Shown here: positions 26,783 to 42,635 of the stretch, one piece after another
How the letters are laid out: each line of letters opens with the position of its first letter
How positions within the stretch are numbered: position 1 is the stretch's first letter
Origin: the human T2T-CHM13v2.0 reference genome, Homo sapiens
Assembly (NCBI RefSeq): GCF_009914755.1
Contig: NC_060932.1
Direction: 5' to 3' (one strand)
DNA length: 64,000 nt
The notes under the pieces: model-generated
What the model saw: only the letters and a program-made list of their open reading frames with translations
What the model was told of the DNA's origin: nothing
The model's database searches: none
Position numbers and translations under genes: made by a program

Positions 26783-28013
26783 CTTTGACTCCATGTCTTA
26801 TATCCAGGTAATGCCGATGCAAGAGGTGGGCTCCCATGGTCTTCGGCAGCTCTGCCCCTGTGGCTTTGCAAGGTGTGGCCTCCCTCCCAGCTGCTTTCAC
26901 AGGGTGGTGTTGAGCATGGCTTTTCCAGGTGCACAGGGTAAGCTGTTGGTGGATCTACCATTCTGGCTCTGGAGGATGGTGGCCCTCTTCTCCCAGCTCC
27001 ACTAGGCAGCACCCCAGTGGGGACTCTCTATGGGGGACCCACTCCACATTTCCTTTCTGCACTGCCCTAGCAAAGGTTCTCTATGAATACCTCACCCCAG
27101 CAGCAAACTTCTATCTGGACATCCAGGCATTTCCATACATGCTCTGAAATCTAGGCTGAGGTTCCCAAACCTCAATTCTTGACTTCTGTGTACCTGCAGG
27201 CTCAACACCACAAGGCTTGGGACTTGCACCCTCTGAAGCCATGGCCTGAGTTGTACATTGGCCCTTTTTAGTCATGGCTGGAGCAGCTGGGACACAGGGC
27301 ACCAAATCCCTAGACTGCACACAGCAGAGGGACCCTAGGCCCAACCCATGAAACCATTTTTTTCTCCTAGGCCTCCAGGCCTGTGATGGGAGGGGCTGCC
27401 ACAAAGGTCTCTGACATGCCCTGGAGACATTTTCCACATTGTCTTGGTGGTTGACATTTGATTCCATGTTACTTATGCAAATTTCTGCAGCCAGCTTGAA
27501 TTTCTCCTCAGAAAATGGGATTTTCTTTTCTATTGCATTGTCAGGCTGCAATTTTTCCGAACTTTTATGCTGTGCTTCTCTTATAAAACTGAATGCCTTT
27601 AACAGCACCCAAGTCACCTCTTGAATGCTTTGCTGCTTAGAAATTTCTTCTGCCAGATACCCTAAATCATCTCTCTCAAGTTCAAAGTTCCACAAATCTC
27701 TAGGGCAGGGGCAAAATGCCACCAGTCTCTTTGCTAAAACATAACAAGAGTCACCTTTGCTCCAGTTCCCAACAAGTTCCTTATCTCCATCTGAGACCAT
27801 CTCAGCCTGAATTTCATTGTCTGTATCATTATCAGCATTTTGGTCAAAGCCATTCAAAAAGTCTCTGGGAAGTTCCAAATTGTCTCACATTTTCCTGTCT
27901 TCTCCTGAGCCCTCCAAACTGTTCCAAACTCTGCCTGTTACCCACTTCTAAAGTTGTTTCCACATTTTCGGGTATCTTTTCAGCAGTGCCCCACTCTACT
28001 GGTACCAATTTAC
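26783..28013 (-). mobile_element. THE1-int (MaLR internal region), 3'-truncated
   Basis: The minus strand begins gtaaattggtaccagtagagtgggg directly after the LTR. The plus strand shows ctttgactccatgtct...gcaagaggtgggctcccatgg. There is no second LTR. Confidence 0.9.
27111..27878 (-). pseudogene. MaLR (THE1) internal ORF relic, 255 stop-free codons
   Basis: ELPRDFLNGFDQNAD...GNWSKGDSCYVLAKRLVAFCPCPRDLWNFELERDDLGYLAEEISKQQS is the MaLR-int ORF. The annotated start is TTG; the upstream ATG (27890) is immediately followed by TGA. Confidence 0.75.
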
Positions 28014-28375
28014 TGTATTAGTCAATTTTTTCACTGCTGATAAAGACATACCTGAGACTGGGAAATTTACAAAAGAAAGAGGTTTAATGGACTCACAGTT
28101 CCACGTGGATGAGGAGGCCTCACAATCATGGCAGAAGGTGAAAGGCACATCTTGTGATGGTAGACAAGATAAGAGAATGAGAGCCAAATGAAAGGGATTT
28201 CCCCTTATAAAATAATCAGATCTTGTGAGACTTAGTCACTACCATGAGAACAGTATGGGGGAAACTGCCCCCATGATTCAGTTATCTCCCACTGGGTCCC
28301 TCCCACAACATGTGGGAATTATGGGAGCTACAACTCAAAATGAGATTTGGGTGGGTACACAGCACAACTGTATCA
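28014..28375 (-). mobile_element. THE1B-like LTR (5' LTR)
   Basis: 362 bp, tgtattagtc...ctgctgataaagacatacctgagactggg...tgagatttgggtggg.acacagc..tatca, the reverse complement of a THE1 LTR. Confidence 0.92.
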
Positions 28376-29360
28376 ATGACCAACTTTAAGATACACTCTA
28401 ATAAAATTGCAGGACTTTACAGAGAAAGAAAAATACTTTGAGCATCTAGAAAAAAAGAGTACGTGGCATGAAAAAGAAAGAAAATTAGATTATTATCACA
28501 CTTTTTGCCAGAAGAAAATGAAATAACATATTTAAGGTATCCAAGACAGAAAATGTGAGCCCAAAACTGTATATTCAGCAAAACTGACTTTCAACATAAA
28601 CATAAAGGGTACAGACATACTGTTTATCAACAACTTAGGGAAACTGGCTCCATAAGTCCCTCCTAAGAAGTCTTCTAGAGCACAAACCTTGGGTAACCAA
28701 AATAACTAGAGAGAGATTCGTGTAGAGCATTAAATACACAGTTACTTGTGAAACTAAGACTAAATGAGTGCTAATGATAAAGTGTATAATGGCTCCATGT
28801 CCTGACAATGGAGACATAGTACAACTATTTTTTTAAGTGGGGTGGATCGAGAGATCTTATGTAAAACACTTTTAAAATGTTTTTGGTCATAATAATGATG
28901 GTAGGATTAGTATTTTATTCTGAGTCTGCTGTGTATGCAATATGGGATAAAACAAATGAGTAATTGTAGGATATTCTAATTCTATCATCCTCTGTGTCCT
29001 TGAGAATAGGATTCTTGGCATGGAAGAAAGGATATATAGATGAAAGAGGTTAATAAAAGTTCTGTCATCAAATATGCTTTCTCTGCTATATAACAGAGCT
29101 GGGGGCTGCAGAGGGACTATATACATGTATTCCCTCTGCAACCCCCACCTCCATTCACTGAAAAGATCTAGAAACAATGATCAACCTAGTAGCAAGGGAC
29201 ATCCCTAGCATTCAGGCTGATTCTGAAATACCAATTTTTACTCAAAAGATGCAAATCTCCTTAGAGAAATGGCTAATTCCAAATCCAAGTTAGAAAGTGT
29301 CCAAGAGGAACAATTTGTCACACCAGTCAGCAAGGAAGCTATTAAAGACTACTGGGGTTT

Positions 29361-29720
<360 letters not shown>

Positions 29721-29882
29721 TCAACAACAATAATTTCAAGGGAATGAAAGTCATTACACATGTTTAAATCCACAATTCACAATGGTCTTTAAAATTTTTG
29801 AAAGAATTAGTCATCTAAAGAGGAGGTGGGCTGTTGACTGATCCTGCTTTCCCCATATGAACTGTACCTGTGAGCACACATA

Positions 29883-31151
<1,269 letters not shown>

Positions 31152-31384
31152 TAGCAGATGAAGGCAATAATCTCTCTATAAAAGCATTTCCCAACTGATA
31201 AATGAAAATTAGGATATCACCAACTTGCAGTTTCTAATGAATGAACAAATATAGGTAGATGTAGTAGATATAGGTATAGGTAGATATAATAGGTATGGGT
31301 ATAGAGACCAAAGGAACCAGGAGGAGAGGTATGGGAAAAACATACTTTTGTTGTTCTCTGGGCAGACAGAAATAATAGTGACCA

Positions 31385-31456
31385 CTGCCACTGCACTCCA
31401 GCCTGGACAACATAACAAGACTCAACTCTAGTAATATATTTTTTTAAAAAAAAGAA
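31385..31456 (+). mobile_element. Alu 3' fragment
   Basis: tgccactgcactccagcctggacaacataacaagactc followed by an A/T-rich tail. Confidence 0.7.
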
Positions 31457-31759
31457 CTCATAGAGCTGTGGAGCAATAGCTTGGCACCATTTGGGGCAGG
31501 CCTGAGCCTGTGTGCCCCCCTTCCCTTTGTGTGGTGTCCTAAAGAGAGGATCTGATCTGGTCTTTATGTCACCATTCATTTATGGAAAGCCCCCACTGGA
31601 AAGAAAAGCTCAACCAGGTGAAATTTCAAATCAACTTACTTTCAAGATAAACTTTCCTCAAGTCTGGTCTACCAATGGTTGTCTTGATTTAGGTCCTAAG
31701 TCCTGGTCCAATTAGTTGGAGCCAGGGTAATGGAGCTAATTTTACTGGAAGCACCATTT

Positions 31760-32115
31760 AGGAAGGGCTTCTTGGGCAGATTTTTCTACCTTCCTCATCC
31801 AAGGACTAAGCTCTGGCCAATGAGACTTCTGAGAAGTCTTAAAAGAAGAGGACACACCCTCCTCTCCTTCCTTCACCAGCTTCCAGAAACAAGAATATGG
31901 TGGACTCCTACAGCCATCTTAGAACATGAGAATGAGACGTTTAAAGGGAAGGCAGAGCAGAGAAAACTAGGGGAACAAACAGTGTCGGTGATGATTTCAT
32001 CAACTTGCTGTGCTGGCCTCAGGCTACCTACCTCTAGATTTGTGTGAAACAGAAAGAATCCACAGTTATTTGGAGGTTTTCTGTTATATACAATTGACTA
32101 TTCTCCTCATTGTTA
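31760..32115 (+). mobile_element. MLT1-family LTR fragment
   Basis: ctggccaatgaga...cagccatcttagaacatgag...ggcagagcagagaa...ctacctacctctaga...ttttctgttatatacaa. Confidence 0.5.
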
Positions 32116-32204
32116 TAACCCCCATACATTCCAATCTGGTAAAATAGGCAAATCCTGGGCTCTTTCCCCTAAGGACATCATCAAATGGCTGCCTAAACTG
32201 ATAA

Positions 32205-32624
<420 letters not shown>

Positions 32625-32759
32625 TAACCTCTGTGGTAGACACTTTTATTTGCCTGTACAGCACTCCTTCTCCCTTGCCAACAAAGTGTTAATTTTGTTC
32701 TGGTATTACGTGTCTGTGTGCTAAGATGAGGCTGGAATTTTCTCTCTCTCCACATGGTT

Positions 32760-33080
32760 ACTTATACCTACTCCTCTCTGCATGTCTGGCTCATTCTTCC
32801 TGCTCTGCTGTACAACTTTCTTTGCATGTGGCAGAAAATGGCTTTGCCCAAGCTCTCCAACTGACATGCACCATACAGACTAGCTGTTTCTGAACCACAT
32901 TTCTAAATTTCTGAGAGTGATACTGGCTCTGCTTTAGTTAAGTACATTCCTCTGATCCAATAAACTGGGTCGAGGAGGGCTGTGTAGTACCTACATGATA
33001 GCAACTGCTGGGGGCATCTCTATGAGAAGTTTGGGTGTAGCACTCAGAGAAGAAGTGCAGGAACTGGGCAGACACCCCAA
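32760..33080 (-). mobile_element. Old MLT1-family LTR fragment
   Basis: tggcagaaaatggc...cctctgatccaataaactggg...ctgggcagaca resembles antisense MLT1K/L-type sequence. Confidence 0.4.
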
Positions 33081-33247
33081 GAGGGCATCTGCTATAAGCT
33101 TGACTGCACTTGATACATACTAGCTTCCTGGTCCCCATAGCTATACTCCCAAGGCTGTGATCTTACTGAGGCCAGGGCCCAGAAGGGTCACTGCCCAGTA
33201 TAGATACTGCAGAAGGACCACCAGATATTGTAGGTAGACAAGATGGA

Positions 33248-33584
33248 TGTAATACCCATCAATGCCAATCACCAAATCTTTCCAGCTCTCTGCTTTCTGG
33301 ATGGGTAGAATTTTATTTCCTGGTCCCCTGAGGTTGGATGGCGCTATGTAACCAGTTCTGGTCATTATGGCATTTAATTACTGGTGAAGGGGCTTCTAAG
33401 ATGGTTCTTTCCTTCTTCCGTGATCATTGGTAATGTTTCAGATGGCGGTTGCTCCATCAGTTGGATCCTAATGTAGATGTTATAATGCAATGGGCTTGTG
33501 ATGGACAGAATATAAGCAGAAAGATGTCACTGAGATTTGTGAGTGCTTGTTACTGCAGCATGCCTATCCTACCATGGGTGATAC
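33248..33584 (+). mobile_element. MLT1I/J-like MaLR LTR
   Basis: ggttggatggcgctatgtaaccagttctggtc...tttcagatggcggttgctccatcag...cactgagatttgtgagtgcttgttactgcagcatgcctatcct. Confidence 0.65.
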
Positions 33585-35735
33585 CATGCAGATTGGGCTG
33601 GGGTTAGCAGCATTGCTGGAAGAAGACACTTGAAGATTCTAACTCACAACCAAGCCTGTCACACAGACTTTTTTTCCTTCCTCTGTTCTGGGTCCCCCTT
33701 GAATCCCTTGTCCCTACTTCAGAAAGGAAAGTGCTGTTTCCTAGTAGTGAAAGCATCAAGGAGCAATAAAGTTGGAGATTTCTTTCTTGCTTGGACAGGG
33801 GTGGTGCCCAGGGGTGTGCTGGACACATGGACAGAGTTTGGTTAGGGGAGTTTGGTGCTCACACCAGACTCAGAGAGAGCTGTCTCTTAGCTGACGCTCA
33901 GCTTAGTTCGCAAAAGGACAGAGGCCAGGGTAGGGGGCGCAGCTTAGCTCTAAACTACCAGGTAAGGATCCAAATGCTGTCCCACCTTCCTGCAAAACTC
34001 ATGGAAGTCAGGCTGAGGAGTCTGGAAAGCTAAGCCGAAAGCCGGGGGTGCTCCAGTACATGCAGATCCCAAATGTGGGAATGCTATGTGATGATTTTAT
34101 GAAATACAAAAGTCAAATGAATTTTTCATGAAGAAGTTATCTTCCCAAGATGCAATAATGGAAAATTCCTTTCAAGAACTGGTGTTTAGACCTCACAAAA
34201 ATGCGCGGCAAATTGCATTGTGATTTATTTGTCAATGTTTTTATAGGTTAGGCGTTACTTTCAACCCCACAGCTGGAGTCAATTTTTAATATTTAAAAGT
34301 GGAAAGAAAGCAAAACCTAAACACATCCAGAGCTGTCTGTTTTAGATTGTGCTTTTCCCAAACAGTGATGTTTAGAACTGAACCCTGAGCGTGGTCGGTC
34401 TGTGGCCAGCTGGCACTTACTTCTCTGCGATATAGAATTAAAGTATCTGGAACTGGGCAGATTACATATAAGACCTCCTAAATTGTAATTGGTGGGTCTG
34501 GTGTTTATAACCATTTTCAAGTGCACGTAGCCTGTCTGCCCTCTGAATTGAAGAAGGAAAGAGTCTTTGTGCTTTTTATTTTGGGTTTTCCTTCATGCCC
34601 TGAGCTTAAGATGCCATGAACATAATTTTCAAGTCCAGTGGGTTCTGGCCTTATTAGCTGACTGGATTAGCAGGGATCCAGCACTCCAATCAACTATAGA
34701 GATGCAAATTGGGTCTCCAGACTTTGACTCCTAAGGAGCCTAGTCTGGAAATGACCCAGGGTTTACCTGCCTGGGTCTCCAGGTAAAACCAGGATGCTGG
34801 CCTTGAAGGTGGGTTCTCACAGCAAGGATTCTAATCTCAAAAGAGATCAAGCCTTGAAGCTTAATCCGATTCTCTTGGGCCAAGTGTCCAGACTCTAATG
34901 GGAGTCTCATTTTCACAGAATGGTACTCCCAGAAGCACGGGATTCATACCTCAGTGCATAGCACACCGTACCTCATGCTTAACTGCAGCCACCATGGTTG
35001 GAGGTGTAAGGCTGGCACTGGCACTGGATGTGGCTGAGGCTGCCATGTGTGTGCTTACTAATAAAGGACTCTGTAACACACAACATCTGGAGGGAGGAAA
35101 AACAACTCTAATTGTGATAGGCACAACCCCTTTGGGTAACATAGTTGATACCCTTCTAATGGAGGGCGTGTTTCTCTTTGCCTTCTCCTTTCTGCTTCCT
35201 CCTGATAATTTGGCCAAGGCCCACAGGAGTTGACCCATTTCCAAATGTGTGAGTGGGTCCAGCTGAATCTGCCAGTGGGGGGCCTTTGAAGCTGTGAACA
35301 ACACCCCCTCATCAGACTTTGAGACACATCCACCCCTTAAGAGACAAGCTTCAGGATATAAGGAGCCTCGGCAAAGCATGGAAATGTCAGATGTACAAGC
35401 ATCTGGGGCTCAGCTTCAGCTACTGTGGCCTTTCCCCAGGACCCATGCCCAGGGTCCTCTTCCTGAACTCCAGCATCAACAGACCCCCTTCAATAAACTC
35501 CAACATTCAGAACATCAACAAGCGAGGGGATGGGGAAGGGCAGTGATTATTCCAAGGGCAGAGATGCTATCAGGTTTTGCTCCAAAAAGGATTTTTCGCC
35601 TCACACAAGAATTTGCTACGGATTTCCTTTTAAAAGTGCACACCCCAAGAACACTCAGCAGCTGATTCAGCTTAATGTGCAAATCCCCAGGAACACAATG
35701 CGTGAAGTGAGGTACACGGGCAATTGGGGCCAAGG

Positions 35736-35768
35736 TGCAGCAGAACTTCCCACCAGCAGGGGGAGCTC
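35736..35768 (+). promoter_or_regulatory. Candidate CTCF site with upstream motif
   Basis: Core CCAGCAGGGGGAGC (35753-66, 13/14) with TGCAG 12 nt upstream, the spacing of the zinc-finger 9-11 upstream motif. Motif match only. Confidence 0.45.
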
Positions 35769-36654
35769 TTCCCCGGGTCAGGCAGCCATGGCAGGTCCAA
35801 TCACACGCCCGTTACCCAATAAAAACATGCTGCAGTTTCAAGAGGGAGGAACAGAACTGAACCCTGCTGTCCAAAAAAAGACACCACAGATGCCCAGTAG
35901 GCTTGTGCTTTATCCTGAGGGCAATGGGGAGCCACGGAGGATTCTGAGATGTGTAGGGTTCTATCAGGGCTTCCAGTCGTTCTTGCCCAGTGCCTGTGAC
36001 TTCTTTGAGGAATCTATTTCCAGGGATGGTGTTCCCTGCATTTTCGGCTCTTCTTTTAAAATGCATTACAGTGATGATCCATGAGCCACCTTCCAGGGAC
36101 CCAGGGCAGGCTCAAGCTTAGGGGTGTTTCTCAAGAAGTGCATAGCTTCGTGTGTTGACTCAGAGGAAAGGTAGGCATGGTTTAGGGGAATGAGGGGGGA
36201 GTGACAGGCAGAAATGCTATTGTTTTTTGCTGCAGTGAAGCGCCAAGCCTTCAAACAAGAAGCTTGGCACCAAAAATGGTGCTGTTAGAAAGTTAATGGG
36301 CAAGACATTTTGAGAAAGTGTTGTGGAGATAAGCGTCAAGAGGAAACGTCACTGTTTTAACTTTGCCGGCATCCAGGAAACCAAGAAAAGCAGAGCCACC
36401 CCTGAGCTGGACTGCAGCGCACACACGCACATGCTCATGGAATCCAAGCCCTGTCCAGAGACAAACATCTCCCAGAAGCAAATCAAGAGTGACTTTTCCG
36501 AAGAAAGAGCTGGGGAAATGGTATTTCCTTCCTGTGCTGAAGAACAGAGTTACGACATTCTAGGGAAGAGATGTGAGCTCCCAGGGGCAAGAACTGGGCA
36601 CCATCCCGCTATTCCTGCTGAATATTAATAGCAAAAGCAAATATCTTGACTTCA

Positions 36655-37945
<1,291 letters not shown>

Positions 37946-38844
37946 CATATTCCTTTCTCCAAGGCTACGAAGACAACCATGTCTTTTTGAGCCAATTTCT
38001 TTCTTTTTTTTTTTTTTCATTAATTTCCCCAAGCCCCCAACAAACAGTAAGATCTATTTTTAATGATGCCACAAGCTGGCCTGTAAATGATGCATTCATT
38101 GTCAGATACATTTGGCCGTTGTTTGTACTTGCAAGGAATATTCCTCCTTCCTTGAGAGCTCTCACTCACAGACACTTTCATTACTTTAATATTTTACGAT
38201 GCAGCCATTTTGGAAGACATAAGGGCATCATCTCTGTTTAACTAAATGTCAAAGTAAAGTAGTCAAGGCTAGTGGCTCTCTTGGCATGCCAGTGATTAGA
38301 TAGCTTTGTTAACAGGCCAGTTGGGCTGAGGCTATGTGATTACACGCTCTCAGCTACTTCTATGCAAAATGATCCATAAACAAATAAAGATCATGGATTG
38401 CAAAAACATTTTCCAGGGGTGTCAGAGTGTCCCTAAACGTTCAGTTCACTCTCTTCAACCTTCCACATCTATAGCACCCAAGCTCCACAGGACACAAAAT
38501 CACAAGGTCAAAATTGGATTTTGTCAGTCTGATAATCTGCTATTTTCACACTCCTGTAGACCCAAAACCCTGCAGAATGTATAAACTAAGGTATTAGATT
38601 ACACTGAGTACCCCCCTTCCCAACCAGACTGGACAAGAGAGAACTTACACCTGACTTTAATGAGTGCTCAGAAGTGGCCAGCGCCCTTGGAGGCTGAAGA
38701 GCTTCATGCTGGGAGTTTAAGGCCCACACACTCTGCAGACCAGGCCTTGCCTCCTGCCCACGGTGCCAGAGGTGGTAGCTGCAGAAAAAAAAATGCAGTG
38801 CTTCTTTTTAAAACAAGGCATGACCCCCATATATATATATTATG

Positions 38845-39065
38845 GTGTGGTTAAGGGCATAGGCTCTGGTGCTGGGCTGATGGTTTGTAGTTTGTTCTGG
38901 CACTTGATAGTTTTGTAAACCTGTGGGTTATTTAACCTCTCTGTGCCTCAGTTTCCTCATCTGTGGCATGCAGGTAATAATAATTTCATGGTTGTTGAGA
39001 GGGTTAATGAAGTACTCAGAATAGTGCCTGACACCTCTGAGCATTACAATAAATTGAGCTATATT
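38845..39065 (+). mobile_element. MIR
   Basis: gtggttaagggcataggctctgg...tttaacctctctgtgcctcagtttcctcatctgt...gttgttgagagggttaatga. Confidence 0.8.
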
Positions 39066-42000
39066 TATGATCTTAACAAAAAGGATGGTCAGGCTTTAAC
39101 ATCTGTTTGGGTTGCCTTGAAGTCATGAGTTCAAAATGCCTGCCTCCAGTCCCCTCTCTGTGTTAACAACGACAAAGCAGCGTACCTTGTATAAATGGCA
39201 TATATTTCATTGGGACACTGGATGTTTTCACCCCAGGCACACCAGCTTCTAGAAAGGACCTAGGAACAAGGTGGTTTTGCTGGTCTGATGAGGTTGGAGA
39301 GAGCTGCAGGGACAGGCCTTCAACATGTGGCCTTGTGGCTTCAGAACAAGGGAGCCACAAGGGGGTTCTGTAGCTTCTTGGCTCAGGGCACCTAGCATTT
39401 TGAACTCAAGCCAGTCCCAAGGGTTTGGTGATCTCAGCTGAGTCCTCACTGCCAGCCTGAATCCTCTGTCAACTGGAACTGGCTTTGCAGATGCTGCACA
39501 AGCTCCTGGCAGACTCCATTTGGTTGGATTCCAGGTGGCAAATGTCCCTCTGGGGAGGATTGTGCAAAAGTGTTCCTTCCTCCCAGAAGGAAGGTCGGTT
39601 AACCAACAAAGAAGTCTACCTAGAAGAGAGCAAAGGAGGGTGGAAGAGCGGAAGTTAGGCTCATTTTAATAGTCAAGAGATCCCTTTGAGAGAATGTAGA
39701 GACGAGCTTGGGTGAAGCTTGCTCAGTGGGGAGAAGGGAAATGCCCGGTTTGGATCTTTACTGGAGCAAGCACTGACAGCACTTATTGATGGCTTGGATG
39801 TGAGGGGTAAGAGAGAGTGGGCTCAAGAATGGCTGCAACACTTTTTTTTGAGACACTGGGTGCTGGCGTGCCACTGTCTGCACACTCCCTTTACAGGTTG
39901 AGCTGGGGGGCTGTGACCGCTCTGCTGGTCCTGCTTCTATTATTCTATTGGTCAAAGCTACCCTCCCCAAGGTCAAGACAAATCCACTGCGCTTTAGAAG
40001 ATCCAGGGTGATGGGCGATACTGTGGGGGGACACTTTTCCCTGAAGTCAAATCTGCATCCACCCAGCGTCTAGCTGATTCCCGAGGTGGATTGCCAGGAA
40101 TGTCCATCCTTCCCCAGATCTAGGGCAAAGGCTGCTTGTGGGAGGAGAGCATCCATTTATTTTACCTCAAACAAATTCCTGCAGCACAGGCTTAGAAGCT
40201 GGGGTGAAGTGGGGCAAAAGTATGATGCTTCCACCTAAATTCCTATCACACAGTCACAGCTAAGCCCAGGGCTGTGCAGAAGAGGCCGCTCCCTTCACTT
40301 CCTTAGCCACACCTCTTCCCTGGGTCTGCTCCCACAGCTGGGCACCTCAGCAACCCAGAAGGATAGATATTCTGCAGGTCTAATTTGGGTCAGCAAATTC
40401 CCATTTGCAGAAAATCATTTCAGATCTGACAAGAGTTAGTGATCTGTTTCTAAAAAGCTTTGACACAATCATTATCAGTCTCTCTCTCACACACACTCAT
40501 ACCATGTTATCTACAGTCCAGGAAAGGCTCATGCATTCTGAATGTATACTCCACCCTCTTCACAAACCACTGTAAAATTCTCAAAGCCTACACATGCTTG
40601 CAAATAGATCAGCCTTAAATGGAGCAGGGTCTTTGAAGACCCCATGAGTCATGTAGCTAAAATGTCCACTGGGGAGACCGACTTAGCAGCATGCATTTTT
40701 CTATAACAAATCAAGTTCAGAGCTTTCCATGGCACCCAGCTCAATGCCAGAGAAGGTCCATCTATCTCTGGTGGGGAGCCAGTGGTCAGGAAACATATGA
40801 GGCTAAATGCTATGCCCTTCACCTGGTGGAAATGCACCCCCAGAAAATCACTTCGCAGAATAACAAGGAGACTCATGCTGCTGGAGTAGAAAGAGCAATG
40901 GACAAGGAAGAAGGGGCCCGGGTTCCGGTACAGGCTCTGCCCTTACTGTGCTCCCCCAAGGACCATGCCTACCATCATGGGGCTTTGGTTTCCTTGTCTC
41001 TGAAAGGAAAGGGCTAGATCAGATTAAATTAAACAATCACTAAGTACCAGATATGTGCAGGGGAAATGTTCTGTTGGAATGAAAAAAAGAAAAAAGAAAA
41101 AAGCCAAATTTCAGCTCCAGTCCTCAAGGAACATGCAGTCTAGTTGCAGTTGGTTAGCCATGGTACTGCTTGGTTAGAACTTGAGGCCCCAAGGGGGGCT
41201 GAGTGACATTCACCTCTTTGAGATTTAGGAGGCAGAGCCTCCTGGTCTCATCTCATCCCTCCCTGACTTGAGCAGTCTCAGGTTGGAAGTGATGTCACCG
41301 CGGAGATTTCACAGCCAGAGGAGGGCCTGAGGACCCCTTCTTCTGCCACTGGCCATTGCTATAGTATGGAGCCTCTAAGTTCATATACCCCACCAGACAC
41401 TCAAGAGTGCCAGGCAGGATGGGAGGGGAGTACAGATGGTCAAGATGCTGCCCTGGCCTGAGCTGTTGCCCAGCGCTGTTCTCTCTATCACAGTCAGGCC
41501 AAACAGACCTCAGCTGGGAAGCCCGGAGCTGAGAGAAATCTTAGTGAGTTGGTGGGTGTCACTGTCTGCTGGAGGGCCACTGTGGGAGGCAGCGAGCCTG
41601 GGGTTCCTGGAGGCATCTCCAGACAGCCTGGAGCCTGGGTAGTGGGACAAGCAGTTTCCTATGAGGCCTCAGGCTGGAGGGTCGTCTTGGCGTTAGGATC
41701 CGGCAGATGCTGGGTCTCACATACAGCGCCTCTCACTCCCACTCGCCTGCTTTCCATCAGCCGCCCGCTTCCTTCCACATCTGTGCACTCAGCAGCCGTG
41801 GCTACCTATGAATTCCCACTTGGAAGAAGCAGATGGTGCTTTATAGCCACTGGCTGCCAACTCCCTCTGGGCCTATCTTGAAGTCCCCTGTCCCTCTCCT
41901 TCTGCCTCTCACACTGGGTCTCGGGAGGCCTGCCAGTCTGTTTCCCCGGAGGCTGAGTAAGAGCCCCAATTCCAAGCCATATTTCTCTTCTTTGGTTTCT

Positions 42001-42209
42001 ATTTCCTTAACAGTGACCTCTGTCCAAGGGCAGCATGCCCCAGCATGCGCCTCTCTCCCTCTGCTCTTCCAAACGCAATTATGTGGCTATCACTAGCTTA
42101 GTGCCAGGACTTGGATTCCTTTAGCTCTTAGGCTGCTGCTTCTCCATCTTCCCCCACCCCTATGCCAGATTCGTTCTCTGCCCTCCTAGGGAGAGAGGAG
42201 GTTGGGGAT

Positions 42210-42635
42210 GCGGGGTGACTCCTGTGGACTACATCTCCCAGAATGCCTCGTATTTGCCTTCCAGTTGGACTTAGCCAACGGGAGGCACCCAGAAGAGGTT
42301 AGCAGTTGGGAGGAAAGATAGCTCACGGTATTTCTTCTCACCGATTTTCCACCCTCTCCCTGCTTTGGTGTCATGTACTGGTCTTAGGTGCTGCCCTGCA
42401 TGACTCCAGTTGCCACCAGTCATCCCCTCCTCCGGAGTTTCCGTTTTTACTGGACCACAATTACACTGTTTTTCTCCTCCTCCCTTTAGCGTTGGGGTAG
42501 TAATGACTTCCGCTGTTGCTGGTCCCCAGAGCCTCACCATCCCGGTGCATTCCCACAACTCTGCCTACACCACTGTGAATAGTCTTTTTATGTACGTGTC
42601 TGAGCCTTCTGGGGTGAATATTACCATACCGATGC
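42210..42635 (+). mobile_element. ERVL-class LTR (LTR16/LTR33-like)
   Basis: tgtggactacatctccca...ttccagttggacttagccaacgggaggcac...ggtagtaatgacttccgctgttgctggtcccc...ctctgcctacaccactgtgaatagtc. Confidence 0.6.

Noticed and set aside
33921-33942. CTCF-like GGTAGGGGGCGC
   Set aside because: It lacks the conserved 5' CC of the core motif.
34087-34200. GTGATGA as a C/D snoRNA C box
   Set aside because: No CTGA D box with a terminal stem at a suitable distance.
35530-36084. 184-aa ORF and neighbouring overlapping ORFs
   Set aside because: No domain similarity, and overlapping ORFs on both strands indicate a compositional effect; no supporting splice structure.
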